From: an uncultured Gemmatimonadales bacterium
GTDB taxonomy: Bacteria; Gemmatimonadota; Gemmatimonadetes; Longimicrobiales; RSA9
Length of the DNA stretch: 64,000 bases
Direction: 5' to 3'
Assembly (NCBI GenBank): GCA_963783305.1
Contig: CAWAMW010000016.1
Coordinates: 704,001 to 768,000, forward strand
How positions within the stretch are numbered: the first letter of the stretch is position 1; the number at the start of each line of letters is the position of its first letter. The notes under the pieces were generated by a model. The model worked only from the letters and a program-made list of their open reading frames with translations, was not told where the DNA came from and searched no databases. Of this stretch, positions 40,503 through 49,814 are shown piece by piece. The position numbers and the translations under genes are program-made.

Positions 40503-43500
40503 TCAGCGGTGGAAAAGGGCGCGGGCGACGCGGTAGAGGGAGTACCCGGCCGCGGCACCGGCGGCGATGCCGAGGGCTTCGGCGGCGTGCGACCTCGTTC
40601 TGACGGGGCGCCGGGAGGCCCCAACCGGAGAGGGGAGGAGACCCTTCCGGCCCATGGCCATGTGCAGCACCTCTGCGGTGTGGAGCGGACGGCGGAGTCC
40701 GTTCTGCTCGACCATCTCACGGCAGGAGAAGCCACCGGTGATGACCATGCTCCCGGGATCCGCGTCACGGACGGCGGGGAGCAGGACGCGCTCGCCGCAC
40801 GCCTGCGAGACGTCGAAGTGGTCCTCCTCGAAGCCGAAGGGGCCGGCCATGCCGCAGCAGCCGGAGTCGAGCACGCTGTAGTCGAGGCCGAGCCGATCGA
40901 GGACGGCGCGCTCCGCGCCGAAATCGAGGACGGCCTTGTGGTGGCAGTGGCCGTGGACGACCGCGGTCTCACCGTGGAGGTCCCCCAGGTCGACGTCCGG
41001 GGCGAACTCGGCGAGGAACTCCGTGAGCAGGAAGGTCTGACGGGAAAGCCGCAGGGCATCCTCGTCGTCGGGGAAGAGCTCGATGAGCTCGGTCCGGAAC
41101 GTGGCGACGCAGCTGGGCTCCATGCCGACGATGAGCGTGCCCGCGCGGATCTCTTCGCGCAGCTCGTCCAGGATCTGGCGGAGGAGGTGCCTGGCTAGGG
41201 TGAGCATGCCGTAGTCGTAGAGGGGGCGGCCACAGCAGAGCATGGCGTCCGGCATGACCGGGCGGAACCCGGCCCCCTCCAGGACCTCCACGGCCGCGCG
41301 ACCGACATCGGGGCGGAAGAAGTTGTTGAAGGTGTCGGGCCAGATGATGATGCGGCGACCCTCTGCGGTGGACGGTCCACGGGCGGCGAACCACGCGCGG
41401 AACGTCTGCGTGGCGAAGGTGGGCACGTGGCGGTCTGGGTGGATCCCGGCGATGCGTCGGGCGATGGGGCCGAGAACGGGCGCGGTGACGAGCGCGTTGA
41501 CGAGCCGGGGCACGTGCTGGGCGATGCGGGCCCACCAGTAGATGAGGCCGAGTGCGTAGGCGGAGCGCGGGCGGAGGCGGCCGTCGTAGTAGTGGGAGAG
41601 GAATTCGGCCTTGTAGGTGGCCATGTCCACGTCCACCGGACAGTCGCCCTTGCAGCCCTTGCAGGAGAGGCAGAGGTCCAGCGCCTCCTTGACCTCCTCG
41701 CTCTTCCAGCCGTCGGTGATGGTCTCGCCGCGCATCATCTCGTGCAGCAGGCGGGCGCGGCCGCGGGTGGAGTGCTTCTCCTCCTTCGTCACCATGTAGG
41801 AGGGGCACATGGTGCCGCCCTCCTTCCGCCGGCACTTGCCCACGCCCACGCACCGGTTGGTGGCGTTGTGGAAGGCGCCGCCATCGGCGGGGAACCGGAA
41901 ATGGGTCTCCACGTCGGCCGGATGGTAGTCCGGGCCCAGCACGAGGTTGGAGTCGGGCGGGTACGCGTCGATGACCTTCCCGGGGTTCATCTTCCATTCC
42001 GGGTCCCAGATCCGCTTGAACTCACGGAACGCCTCCATGAGATCGTCGCCGAACATCTTCGGGAGGAGTGCGCCGCGGCTCTGGCCGTCGCCGTGCTCAC
42101 CGGAGAGGGAGCCACCGTATTTCAGCACCAGGTCGGCGGCCTCATCGATGAAAGCCAGGTACTTGTCGAGCCCCTCGCGGGTGGAGTAGTCGAAGTTTAT
42201 GCGGCAGTGGACGCAGCCGTGCCCGAAGTGGCCGTAGAGCGCGGAGTCGTAGTCGTAGTTGTCGAGGAGCGCGCGGAAGTCGCGGAGATAGCTGCCGATG
42301 TGCTCGGGGGCGACGGCGGCGTCCTCCCAGCCCTCCCATGTGGGCGGCTGGCCGGGTACGAAGGCGGTGGCGCCCAGGCCGGACTCGCGGACGTGCCAGA
42401 CGTGGCTCTGCAGCAGCTCGTCGGAGTAGATCCTGGAGTCGAGGATGGGGGAGTCGGCGGAGCGGATGCTGTCCAGGGCGGCGTGGGCGCGGGACTCCGC
42501 CGCCTCCTGCGTGTCACCGCCGAACTCGACCAGGAGCCAGCCACGGCCCTCGGGAAGGTACTGGAGGTAGTCGACGTTGAGGTCCTTGAGCTCCATGAAC
42601 TCGGCGAGCCGGTAGTCGAAGCCCTCGAGGCCGAGCGGCTTGTGGGCCATGATCTCCGGGACGTGGTCGCCGGCGGCATAGGCGTCCTCGTAGCCGAGGA
42701 GGAGGAGCGCGCGCTTCGGCGGGTCGGGGATCAGGGCGACCCGGGCTTCCAGAACGATGACGCACGTGGACTCGGTGCCGACCAGCGCGCGGGCCACGTC
42801 GAAGCCGGCCTCCGGCAGCAGCGAGGGCAGGTTGTAGCCGGAGACGCGGCGCGGGATGTCGGGGAAACGCTCCCGGATCTGGTCGGCGTAGCGGTCGCGG
42901 AGGTCGCGGAGCCCGCGATAGATCTCGCCCTTCCGGCCGCCCTCGGCGATGATCGCATCGAGCTCGTCATCGGGGGTGGCGCCCACGGTCAGGATCTCGC
43001 CGTCGTAGGTCATGACGGTGAGCTCGAGGATCTGGTCCTCCGTGCGGGGTCCGGGGCCGAAGAACTGGGCCTGGACGGAGTGCACGCCGCACGAGTTGTT
43101 GCCGATCATGCCGCCAAGGGTGCAGTGGGTGTGGGTGGCGGGATCGGGTCCGAACGTGAGGCCGTGGGTGCGGGTGATGGCGCGGAGATCGTCGAGGACG
43201 GTGCCGGGCTCCACGCGGGCCCAGCGCTCTTCGGCGTTCACCTCCAGGACCCTGCCCATGTACCGGGTGAAGTCGAGCACCACCGCCGTGTTGCAGCACT
43301 GGCCGGCGAGACTGGTGCCGCCACCCCGGCAGAGGATGGGGGCGCCGTGCTCGCGGGCGATGCGTACCGTGTTCACGACGTCGTCGATGTCCTGGGGGAG
43401 AACCACTCCGATGGGGACCTGGCGATAGCTGGACGCGTCGGTGGAGTACATGGCGCGGCTGCCGCTGTCGAAGCGGACCTCGCCGCGGATGGAGTCGCGG

Positions 43501-43595
43501 AGTGCGCGCTCGAGGTCGGTGGAGGGGCCGTCCCGGCTGAGGCGGTCGTGGATCGGGAGGGGAGGTTGGGTTGTGGGTTGGGTTTTGGTGGTCAT
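40503..43595 (-). CDS. FAD-linked oxidase fused to Fe-S and CCG domains (GlcD/YdiJ-like)
   Basis: RGGGTSLAGQ, GGMIGNNSCG, SGEHGDG, CVGVGKC, CLSCKGCKGDCP, CCG motifs. Confidence 0.93.
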   Translation of the reverse strand: MTTKTQPTTQPPLPIHDRLSRDGPSTDLERALRDSIRGEVRFDSGSRAMYSTDASSYRQVPIGVVLPQDIDDVVNTVRIAREHGAPILCRGGGTSLAGQCCNTAVVLDFTRYMGRVLEVNAEERWARVEPGTVLDDLRAITRTHGLTFGPDPATHTHCTLGGMIGNNSCGVHSVQAQFFGPGPRTEDQILELTVMTYDGEILTVGATPDDELDAIIAEGGRKGEIYRGLRDLRDRYADQIRERFPDIPRRVSGYNLPSLLPEAGFDVARALVGTESTCVIVLEARVALIPDPPKRALLLLGYEDAYAAGDHVPEIMAHKPLGLEGFDYRLAEFMELKDLNVDYLQYLPEGRGWLLVEFGGDTQEAAESRAHAALDSIRSADSPILDSRIYSDELLQSHVWHVRESGLGATAFVPGQPPTWEGWEDAAVAPEHIGSYLRDFRALLDNYDYDSALYGHFGHGCVHCRINFDYSTREGLDKYLAFIDEAADLVLKYGGSLSGEHGDGQSRGALLPKMFGDDLMEAFREFKRIWDPEWKMNPGKVIDAYPPDSNLVLGPDYHPADVETHFRFPADGGAFHNATNRCVGVGKCRRKEGGTMCPSYMVTKEEKHSTRGRARLLHEMMRGETITDGWKSEEVKEALDLCLSCKGCKGDCPVDVDMATYKAEFLSHYYDGRLRPRSAYALGLIYWWARIAQHVPRLVNALVTAPVLGPIARRIAGIHPDRHVPTFATQTFRAWFAARGPSTAEGRRIIIWPDTFNNFFRPDVGRAAVEVLEGAGFRPVMPDAMLCCGRPLYDYGMLTLARHLLRQILDELREEIRAGTLIVGMEPSCVATFRTELIELFPDDEDALRLSRQTFLLTEFLAEFAPDVDLGDLHGETAVVHGHCHHKAVLDFGAERAVLDRLGLDYSVLDSGCCGMAGPFGFEEDHFDVSQACGERVLLPAVRDADPGSMVITGGFSCREMVEQNGLRRPLHTAEVLHMAMGRKGLLPSPVGASRRPVRTRSHAAEALGIAAGAAAGYSLYRVARALFHR

Positions 43596-44330
43596 GGGGA
43601 TTGGGGTGCGGGGTGGCTCGCCCTCTGGGCTCGCAGTGTGGCTCGGCTTTCGCCTCGCAGGGTGGCTCGGCTTTCGCCTCGCAGGGTGGCTCGGCTTTCG
43701 CCTCGCAGGGTGGCTCGGCTTTCGCCTCGCAGGGTGGCTCGGCTTTCGCCTCGCAGGGTGGCTCGGCTTTCGCCTCGCAGGGTGGCTCGGCTTTCGCCTC
43801 GCAGGGTGGCTCGGGTGGGGGCTACGGGTGTGTTGAAGGCATCGCGGAGGGCGGCGGTCCGGAGGGACGAGGTGAACCCACTGTATCGTATGGGGTCCGG
43901 CTGTACCACGTCGACGGCCTCCTCACACAGCATGCGGAACTCGAACACGTCGGAGCCGAACTCACCGGCGGCGACCGGAACGCCCGGCGGGATCCGCTCG
44001 CGGATCCATTGAAGGCCGGGCAGGTCGGTGGAGCGAACGGGCTCCTCGAACGGTAATGTCGTGGTCGGCGGAGCGGTGCGCCATGTCACTGGCCCGGGCG
44101 GGGGTAGTTCCGCGGTGCCCGATGTTTCGGGTGGCGCGGCGAATGGCTTCGAATGCGCGCGGGACGTCCATGACATCGATCCACCGGACGGCGGGTGCCA
44201 GGGTGTCCTCGATGACGCGGATGGCAGCCGGGTGGCTATGGCCGTAGCCGAACCCGGTGGCGCCAGCACCGTCGACGTGGACCCTACCGGCAGGGTGGCG
44301 TCGGATCCCAGGGTCAGCTCCTGCCGACGG
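43592..44330 (-). pseudogene. remnant of a mandelate racemase/muconate-lactonising (enolase superfamily) gene
   Basis: One frame gives GATGFGYG...IEDTLAP...MDVPRAFEAIRRATRNIG; another gives FEEPV..DL.GL..IR...VAAGEFG...AVDVVQPD; middle missing; boundaries approximate. Confidence 0.7.
43637..43814. repeat. 24-bp tandem repeat, 7 copies plus a partial copy
   Basis: Unit GGTGGCTCGGCTTTCGCCTCGCAG; degenerate copy at 43612-43636. Confidence 0.97.
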
Positions 44331-44383
44331 CGGGGATCCGACCTGTGACCGTGCCAGTTCAGTGAAGAGGTGCCAGACAGGGT

Positions 44384-44444
44384 TGCACGAGATGGTCCGG
44401 GCGACGCCGCGGCGCGGGGGTCGTGGTGTGGTCGTGATCTTGCG
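44384..44444. promoter_or_regulatory. back-to-back putative sigma54 promoters
   Basis: Minus strand CGGACCATCTCGTGCA (44399-44384); plus strand TGGTCGTGATCTTGCG (44429-44444). Confidence 0.45.
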
Positions 44445-44458
44445 CGCATTGGGCCGTC

Positions 44459-45421
44459 ATGAGCATCGAGGCGCTGCGGATTCCCACGGACAAAAGGGCG
44501 GCCGTCCTCCGGCTGTCGGGTCGTGAGCTGCGGCTGACGAACCTGGGCAAGCCGTTCTGGCCGGGCCGGGGGCTGAGCAAGGGCGACCTGCTGCAGTACT
44601 ATGCCGACGTGGCGCCGGTCCTCCTCCCGCACATCGAGGGGCGGGCGATGGTGATGAAGCGGTACCCGAACGGGTGGCAGGGGAAGCACTTCTTCATGAA
44701 GCGCACCCCCGATCACGCCCCCGTCTGGCTGGAGACGTGCGCCATCGAGCACGGGTCGGGGAGTGTCATCGACTTCCCGGTGGTCCGGTCGGTGGCGGGA
44801 CTGCTCTGGCTCGTGAACCTCGGGTGCATCGACCTGAACCCCTGGTACTCCCTCTGTGACGACGTGGACCGGCCCGACGTGCTGCACTTCGATCTCGACC
44901 CCGTGGAGCCGGCGGGATTCGACCGGGTGCGGGAGACGGCACTGCGGGTGCGGGAATCGCTGGACGCGCTGGGAATGCCGTCGTATCCGAAGACATCGGG
45001 CTCGAAGGGGATCCACGTGTACGTGCCCATTGTGCGGGGCCCCAGGCAGAAGGAGGTGTGGCGGTTCGCGAAGGCGTTCGCCCGTCTGATGGAGGAGCGG
45101 CACCCGGAGCTGGTGACGGCGGAGTACCGGATACGGAACAGGCCGGCGGGCCGGGTGCTGGTGGACTACAATCAGAACGCCTGGGGGAGGACGCTGGCGA
45201 GCGTGTACTCGGTGAGGCCCACGGCCGAGGCGTCGGTGTCGACGCCGGTGACGTGGGAGGAGGTGGAGGCCGGGGTGGAGATCGGCGACTTCCGGCTGGA
45301 GAACGTGCCGGAGCGGGTGGAGCGGGTGGGTGACCTGTGGCGGCCGATGGCGTGGCCGAAGCGGGGGCGGGTGGAGCTGTCGGAGGTGGCCGGGAGGACC
45401 GGGGCGGGCCGCCGCGACTAG
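44459..45421 (+). CDS. ligD: stand-alone LigD polymerase (PrimPol) domain protein
   Basis: LTNLGKPFWP, KRYPNG, FFMK, FDLDP, KTSGSKGIHVYVP, VDYNQN, YSVR. Confidence 0.92.
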   Translation: MSIEALRIPTDKRAAVLRLSGRELRLTNLGKPFWPGRGLSKGDLLQYYADVAPVLLPHIEGRAMVMKRYPNGWQGKHFFMKRTPDHAPVWLETCAIEHGSGSVIDFPVVRSVAGLLWLVNLGCIDLNPWYSLCDDVDRPDVLHFDLDPVEPAGFDRVRETALRVRESLDALGMPSYPKTSGSKGIHVYVPIVRGPRQKEVWRFAKAFARLMEERHPELVTAEYRIRNRPAGRVLVDYNQNAWGRTLASVYSVRPTAEASVSTPVTWEEVEAGVEIGDFRLENVPERVERVGDLWRPMAWPKRGRVELSEVAGRTGAGRRD

Positions 45422-45454
45422 CGCGGCACCCGCCCCGGTCACCCGCCCATCGCG

Positions 45455-45979
45455 TCAGAAGGCGAAGCCGACGTTGACCAGGCGAACGGTCGGAAAGAAC
45501 TCCAGGTTGTCGCCCTCCTCCGGATTCAGGATCCGCTTCAGGCCGAAGCCGATCCCCACGTAGAAATTCTTATTGGCGCCGAGCAGCCAGCTCCGGTTCA
45601 CGTCGACCCCGACCCCGACGCCGAGGTCCTCCGTGTAGCCGAGCTTCGCGCCGAAGGCCCAGCCATCGAAGGTTACGCCGTTGGGATAGAACCGGGCGAA
45701 GACGTCGACGTTCAGTAGGTTCTCGTCCCTGGGGTTCCCCTCCAGGTCGTAGTCCCGCTCGATGGGCCACGAGGAGCCACCGATGCCGGCCGTGAAGCGG
45801 TTGTTGATGGCGCGCTCGTACTCGGCGTTGAACACGTCCAGCAGGATCCCCAACGGGTTGGCGGAGACCACGTTGGCGCGCTCGGGCATGTACGTGCTCT
45901 ACGCGTGACCGGGAACGGGAGCGAGCGCGAGGAGAATGACGGGCACGAGGAACGCGGACGCACGGAAGAGTCGCGGCGT
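45455..45979 (-). pseudogene. outer-membrane beta-barrel protein (DUF3575-like) with lost start and nonsense codon
   Basis: AAGGAG then ACG (45979), signal peptide ...PVPGHA, in-frame TAG (45899-45901), mature domain ending NVGFAF. Confidence 0.7.
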
Positions 45980-46021
45980 GGAGCTCCTTAACGTCGGGGG
46001 ATGGAGGGTGCGAGGCCCGGG

Positions 46022-46036
46022 TGGCAGGAAATATGC
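46022..46036 (+). promoter_or_regulatory. putative sigma54 promoter of ligD
   Basis: TGGCAGGAAATATGC = TGGCA.G-N5-TGC with GG-N10-GC spacing. Confidence 0.5.
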
Positions 46037-46076
46037 CGGTTTCCGGTGCGAATTCAAGTGAGACGGAGTCATCTCG

Positions 46077-48731
46077 ATGGCGCTCGAGGAATACAACGAG
46101 AAGCGCGACTTCGGTCGGACACCGGAGCCGAGCGGCGCGTCCGCGCGCGGCGGTGGGAACGGCGGTCTGGAGTTCGTGATCCAGAAGCACGACGCGTCGC
46201 ACCTCCACTACGACTTCCGGCTGGAGCTGGACGGGGTGCTGAAGAGCTGGGCGGTGCCGAAGGGTCCGAGCCTCCGAACGGGGGTGAAGCGGCTGGCGAT
46301 GGAGACGGAGGACCACCCCATGGGCTACGGCGGGTTCGAGGGTGTGATCCCGAAGGGTCAGTACGGCGGCGGGACCGTCATGCTCTGGGACCGGGGCGAG
46401 TGGAAGCCGACCGGGGACCCGCGCAAGGACTACCGCCGGGGCCGGCTCCGGTTCCGGCTGGAGGGAGAGAAGCTCGGCGGCGAGTGGATCCTGACGCGGA
46501 TGAAGAAGAAGCCGGGGGAGAAGAAGTCGAGCTGGCTGCTGATCAAGTCGGAGGACGAGGCGTCGCGGGGGGAGGACGAGCCGGACATCGCGGAGGAGAA
46601 GCCTCTGAGCGTGGCGACGGGTCGCGACCTGGACGCCATCGCGGCGGAGGAGGACCGGGTCTGGAACAGCGATCGGGCGTCGGATGGGAAGCGGGCGTCG
46701 AGCGGAGGCGACGGCGAGTCGAGCGGCGAGGGTCCCGGGTCGTCCGCCGGGGCCGCCGCGCCCGTGCGGCCGGAGGGTGTGGAGGGGAGCCGGGCGGGGA
46801 AGACGCCGGAGCGGCCGAAGGCGCAGCTGGCGAAGCTGGTGTCGGACGCCCCGACCGGCGACGACTGGGTGCACGAGCTGAAGTTCGACGGCTACCGGAT
46901 CCTGGCGCGGGTGGAGGACGGCGCGGCGCGACTGATCACCCGGAACGGCAAGGACTGGACGGAGCAGTTCCCGGGCGTCGCGGAGGCGCTCTCGGAGCTG
47001 GCGTGCGAGTCGGCGGTGGTGGACGGCGAGGTGGTGGTGCTGGACGCGGACGGGCGGACGAGCTTCCAGCTGCTCCAGAACTCGCTGTCCGGAGCCCGGG
47101 CGGGCACACCGCTCTTCTTCGGCTTCGACCTGCTCCACCTGGACGGGCGAGACCTGACGAAGGCGACGCTGGTCGACCGGAAATCGCTGCTCCGGCCGCT
47201 CCTGGCGGGCGCCCCCGTGGACCGGGTGCGGTACAGCGACCACGTCCGCGGGATGGGCCCGGCATTCTTCGAGCGCGCCTGTCGGATGGGAGTGGAGGGG
47301 ATCATCTCCAAGCGGGCGGATTCGCCGTACCGGGCGGGGCGCGGTGGGGACTGGCTGAAGGTGAAGTGCACCGCGCGGCAGGAGTTCGTGGTGGTGGGCT
47401 ACACGGAGCCGTCGGGCTCGAGGGTGGGGCTCGGGGCGCTCCTGCTGGGGGTCCACGACAACGAGGGCAGGCTGGTGTACGCGGGGAAGGTGGGAACGGG
47501 GTTCACCGACCGCACACTCCTGGAACTGCAGGAGCGGCTGACGAGGCTGGAGCGGAAGGCGGCCCCGGTGGAGGATCCGCCGCGGGGATACAAGGTCCGT
47601 GGGGTCCACTGGGTCGACCCGGAGCTGGTGGCGGAGATCGAGTTCACGGAGTGGACGGACGATGGAAAGGTGCGGCACCCGTCGTTCCAGGGGCTGCGGG
47701 AGGACAAGAAGGCGGAGGACGTGGTCCGGGAGGCGGGGGGAGACGGAACCGGAGCGGCGGCCTCGGGTCGGGGCCGGGGGTCCGGCGGCGAGCACCGCAG
47801 CGGCGGTGGGGAGGCGAGCATGGCGAGGATCGAGGACAGGGGCGACGAGCTGCGAGTGGCGGGCGTGCGGATATCGAGTCCCGACAAGGTGCTATGGGAA
47901 GCGCAGGGAGTGACCAAGCGGGAGCTGGTGGAGTACTACCTCGCGGTGGAGGAGGTCGTGCTGCCGCGACTGGTGGACCGGCCCCTGACGCTGGTTCGGT
48001 GCCCGTCGGGCGCGGAGGAGAAGTGCTTCTTCCAGAAGCACGCGGGCGACACCGTCCCGGAGGTCGTGCCACGCGTGCCGATCAGCGAGGAGAAAGAGCC
48101 GGAGCTGTACATGTACGTGGATGGGATGCCATCGCTGCTGACGCTGGTGCAGCTCGGGGTGCTGGAGTTCCACATCTGGGGCTCGAGGCGTGACCGGCTG
48201 GACCGGCCGGACCGGCTGGTGTTCGACCTGGACCCGGACGAGGCGCTGCCGTTCGGGCGCATCGCCGCCGCCGCGCTCCAGCTCCGTGACCTGCTCGCCG
48301 AGCTCGGCCTCCAGAGCTGGCCGAAGAGCAGTGGCGGCAAAGGCCTTCATGTGGTGGTTCCCATCACCCGGCGGAACGACTGGGAGGAGGCGAAGTCCTT
48401 TACCCGTGCGGTCGCTCGCCGCATGGTTGCAGACGACCCGGACGCCTTCACGGCCACCATGTCGAAGAGCCAGCGCGGCGGCCGCATCTTCGTGGACTAC
48501 CTCCGCAACGCGCGCAACTCGACGGCCATCGCGGAGTACTCGACGCGCTCTCGGCCCGGGGCGCCCGTGGCGGTGCCGCTCACGTGGGACGAGGTGAACC
48601 CCAGGGCCAGGAAGGCGCCCGTGTTCACGATCCGCGATGTTCCCGACCGCGTGCGCGAGATCGGGGATCCGTGGCAGGGATTCGATGAGGTCCGGCAGAG
48701 CATTACGAAGGCCGCGCTGGCCGCACTCTAG
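46077..48731 (+). CDS. ligD: DNA ligase D (phosphoesterase-ligase-polymerase)
   Basis: QKHDASHLHYDFRLE (PE), ELKFDGYR (ligase), EGIISK, FDLDPD and KSSGGKGLH (Pol). Confidence 0.97.
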   Translation: MALEEYNEKRDFGRTPEPSGASARGGGNGGLEFVIQKHDASHLHYDFRLELDGVLKSWAVPKGPSLRTGVKRLAMETEDHPMGYGGFEGVIPKGQYGGGTVMLWDRGEWKPTGDPRKDYRRGRLRFRLEGEKLGGEWILTRMKKKPGEKKSSWLLIKSEDEASRGEDEPDIAEEKPLSVATGRDLDAIAAEEDRVWNSDRASDGKRASSGGDGESSGEGPGSSAGAAAPVRPEGVEGSRAGKTPERPKAQLAKLVSDAPTGDDWVHELKFDGYRILARVEDGAARLITRNGKDWTEQFPGVAEALSELACESAVVDGEVVVLDADGRTSFQLLQNSLSGARAGTPLFFGFDLLHLDGRDLTKATLVDRKSLLRPLLAGAPVDRVRYSDHVRGMGPAFFERACRMGVEGIISKRADSPYRAGRGGDWLKVKCTARQEFVVVGYTEPSGSRVGLGALLLGVHDNEGRLVYAGKVGTGFTDRTLLELQERLTRLERKAAPVEDPPRGYKVRGVHWVDPELVAEIEFTEWTDDGKVRHPSFQGLREDKKAEDVVREAGGDGTGAAASGRGRGSGGEHRSGGGEASMARIEDRGDELRVAGVRISSPDKVLWEAQGVTKRELVEYYLAVEEVVLPRLVDRPLTLVRCPSGAEEKCFFQKHAGDTVPEVVPRVPISEEKEPELYMYVDGMPSLLTLVQLGVLEFHIWGSRRDRLDRPDRLVFDLDPDEALPFGRIAAAALQLRDLLAELGLQSWPKSSGGKGLHVVVPITRRNDWEEAKSFTRAVARRMVADDPDAFTATMSKSQRGGRIFVDYLRNARNSTAIAEYSTRSRPGAPVAVPLTWDEVNPRARKAPVFTIRDVPDRVREIGDPWQGFDEVRQSITKAALAAL

Positions 48732-48775
48732 CGGACTGGCCGGCCCGGTCGGGGAGACACGGAAGAAGGGGAGCT

Positions 48776-49306
48776 ATGGTGCAGAGGGTGGGGCGTCATG
48801 TGACCGGTGGGGACGAGCCGGAAGGTGAGCGGCTTGAGCGGGAGCGGAAGGAGCGATTGCGGGAGGCGCTCTCGTACTGGGCGACCGGCGTCACGATCCT
48901 GGCGGTTCGGGAGCGGGCGGGTGGACGGATCCACGCGCTGACCGTCAGCGCGTTCATGCCGCTGTCCATCGATCCTCCCCTCGTGATCGTGAGCCTCGGA
49001 GCGAACGCGTCGGCGCTGCCCTATCTGGAGAAGGGTGGTGGGTTCACGATCAGCATGCTCGGCAGCGACCAGAAGGGAATCGCTTCCCGCTACGCTGACA
49101 CGTTTCCGGTTGGACCGTCACCGTTCCCGGCGACGGGAGCGCCGCGGGTGGCGGGCAGCGCGGCGGCGGTGGTGTGCGAGGTGGACGAGATGCTGGTGCG
49201 GGGGGACCACACGGTGGTGGTCGGGAGGGTGGTGGAGGCCAGCACGAGCGATGCCGAATCCGCTCTGGCCTACTTCCGCCGGGCGTACCACAGCATCGGC
49301 GGTTGA
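48776..49306 (+). CDS. flavin reductase family protein
   Basis: LR.ALS.WATGVTI, LTVSAF..LS.DPPL, GDH.VVVG; start uncertain. Confidence 0.9.
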   Translation: MVQRVGRHVTGGDEPEGERLERERKERLREALSYWATGVTILAVRERAGGRIHALTVSAFMPLSIDPPLVIVSLGANASALPYLEKGGGFTISMLGSDQKGIASRYADTFPVGPSPFPATGAPRVAGSAAAVVCEVDEMLVRGDHTVVVGRVVEASTSDAESALAYFRRAYHSIGG

Positions 49307-49322
49307 GCTCGACTACGCCGGT

Positions 49323-49760
49323 TCAATCGGCGTCGGGACGGGCGGGCGCGCCGAGCTCGGCGAGCGTCGTGTTGCGCAGGGGCTCCCAGACTCGGTTGGA
49401 TACGCGCTTCCACCGGCCGTGGAGGGCGCAGGGCGTGCGGTCGGAGCAGCGGGTGTTGTCGATGAGGCACATGTCCTTGGGTGCGGGGTCATCGACGATC
49501 TGGATGATGCGCGCGAGGGTGAGCTCCCTGGGGTCCATGGCGAGGCGGAACCCGCCGGTGGGACCGCGTCGGCTGGAGAGGACTCCGGCGGAGGCGAGTG
49601 CGTGGAGGGTCTTGCTCATGTAGTTGGGGGGCGCACCGAGGGTCTCGGCAATATCTGATGCCTTGCTCGCCTCGGGTCCGTGCGAGGCGAGATACAGGAG
49701 TGCTCGGACGGCGTGCTCCGCGGTCCGGGACATGAATCGGGGTGCGTCCGTTCTGGGCAT
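49323..49760 (-). CDS. Rrf2-family transcriptional regulator with Fe-S ligands
   Basis: S.TAEHAVRAL, YMSK, SRRGPTGGF; C-x6-C-x5-C-x2-H. Confidence 0.92.
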   Translation of the reverse strand: MPRTDAPRFMSRTAEHAVRALLYLASHGPEASKASDIAETLGAPPNYMSKTLHALASAGVLSSRRGPTGGFRLAMDPRELTLARIIQIVDDPAPKDMCLIDNTRCSDRTPCALHGRWKRVSNRVWEPLRNTTLAELGAPARPDAD

Positions 49761-49814
49761 GGCGGTAAAAGTAACGTGCGGTGCGCCGGCCCGCACGGGT
49801 GGGCGGGGCCGCCC

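Noticed and set aside
43637..43814. CRISPR array
   Set aside because: Units are directly adjacent with no unique spacers, and there are no cas genes in the window
43592..45442. 616-aa ORF as an intact gene
   Set aside because: A composite of ligD-Pol antisense sequence, enolase-family remnant and tandem repeat
45899..45901. Pyrrolysine or genome-wide TAG recoding
   Set aside because: TAG is the normal stop of many genes here (folC, proS, purH, ligD) and no pyl genes are seen
36000..49000. Mobile element or prophage explaining the accessory block
   Set aside because: No integrase, transposase, tRNA attachment site or flanking direct repeats were recognised
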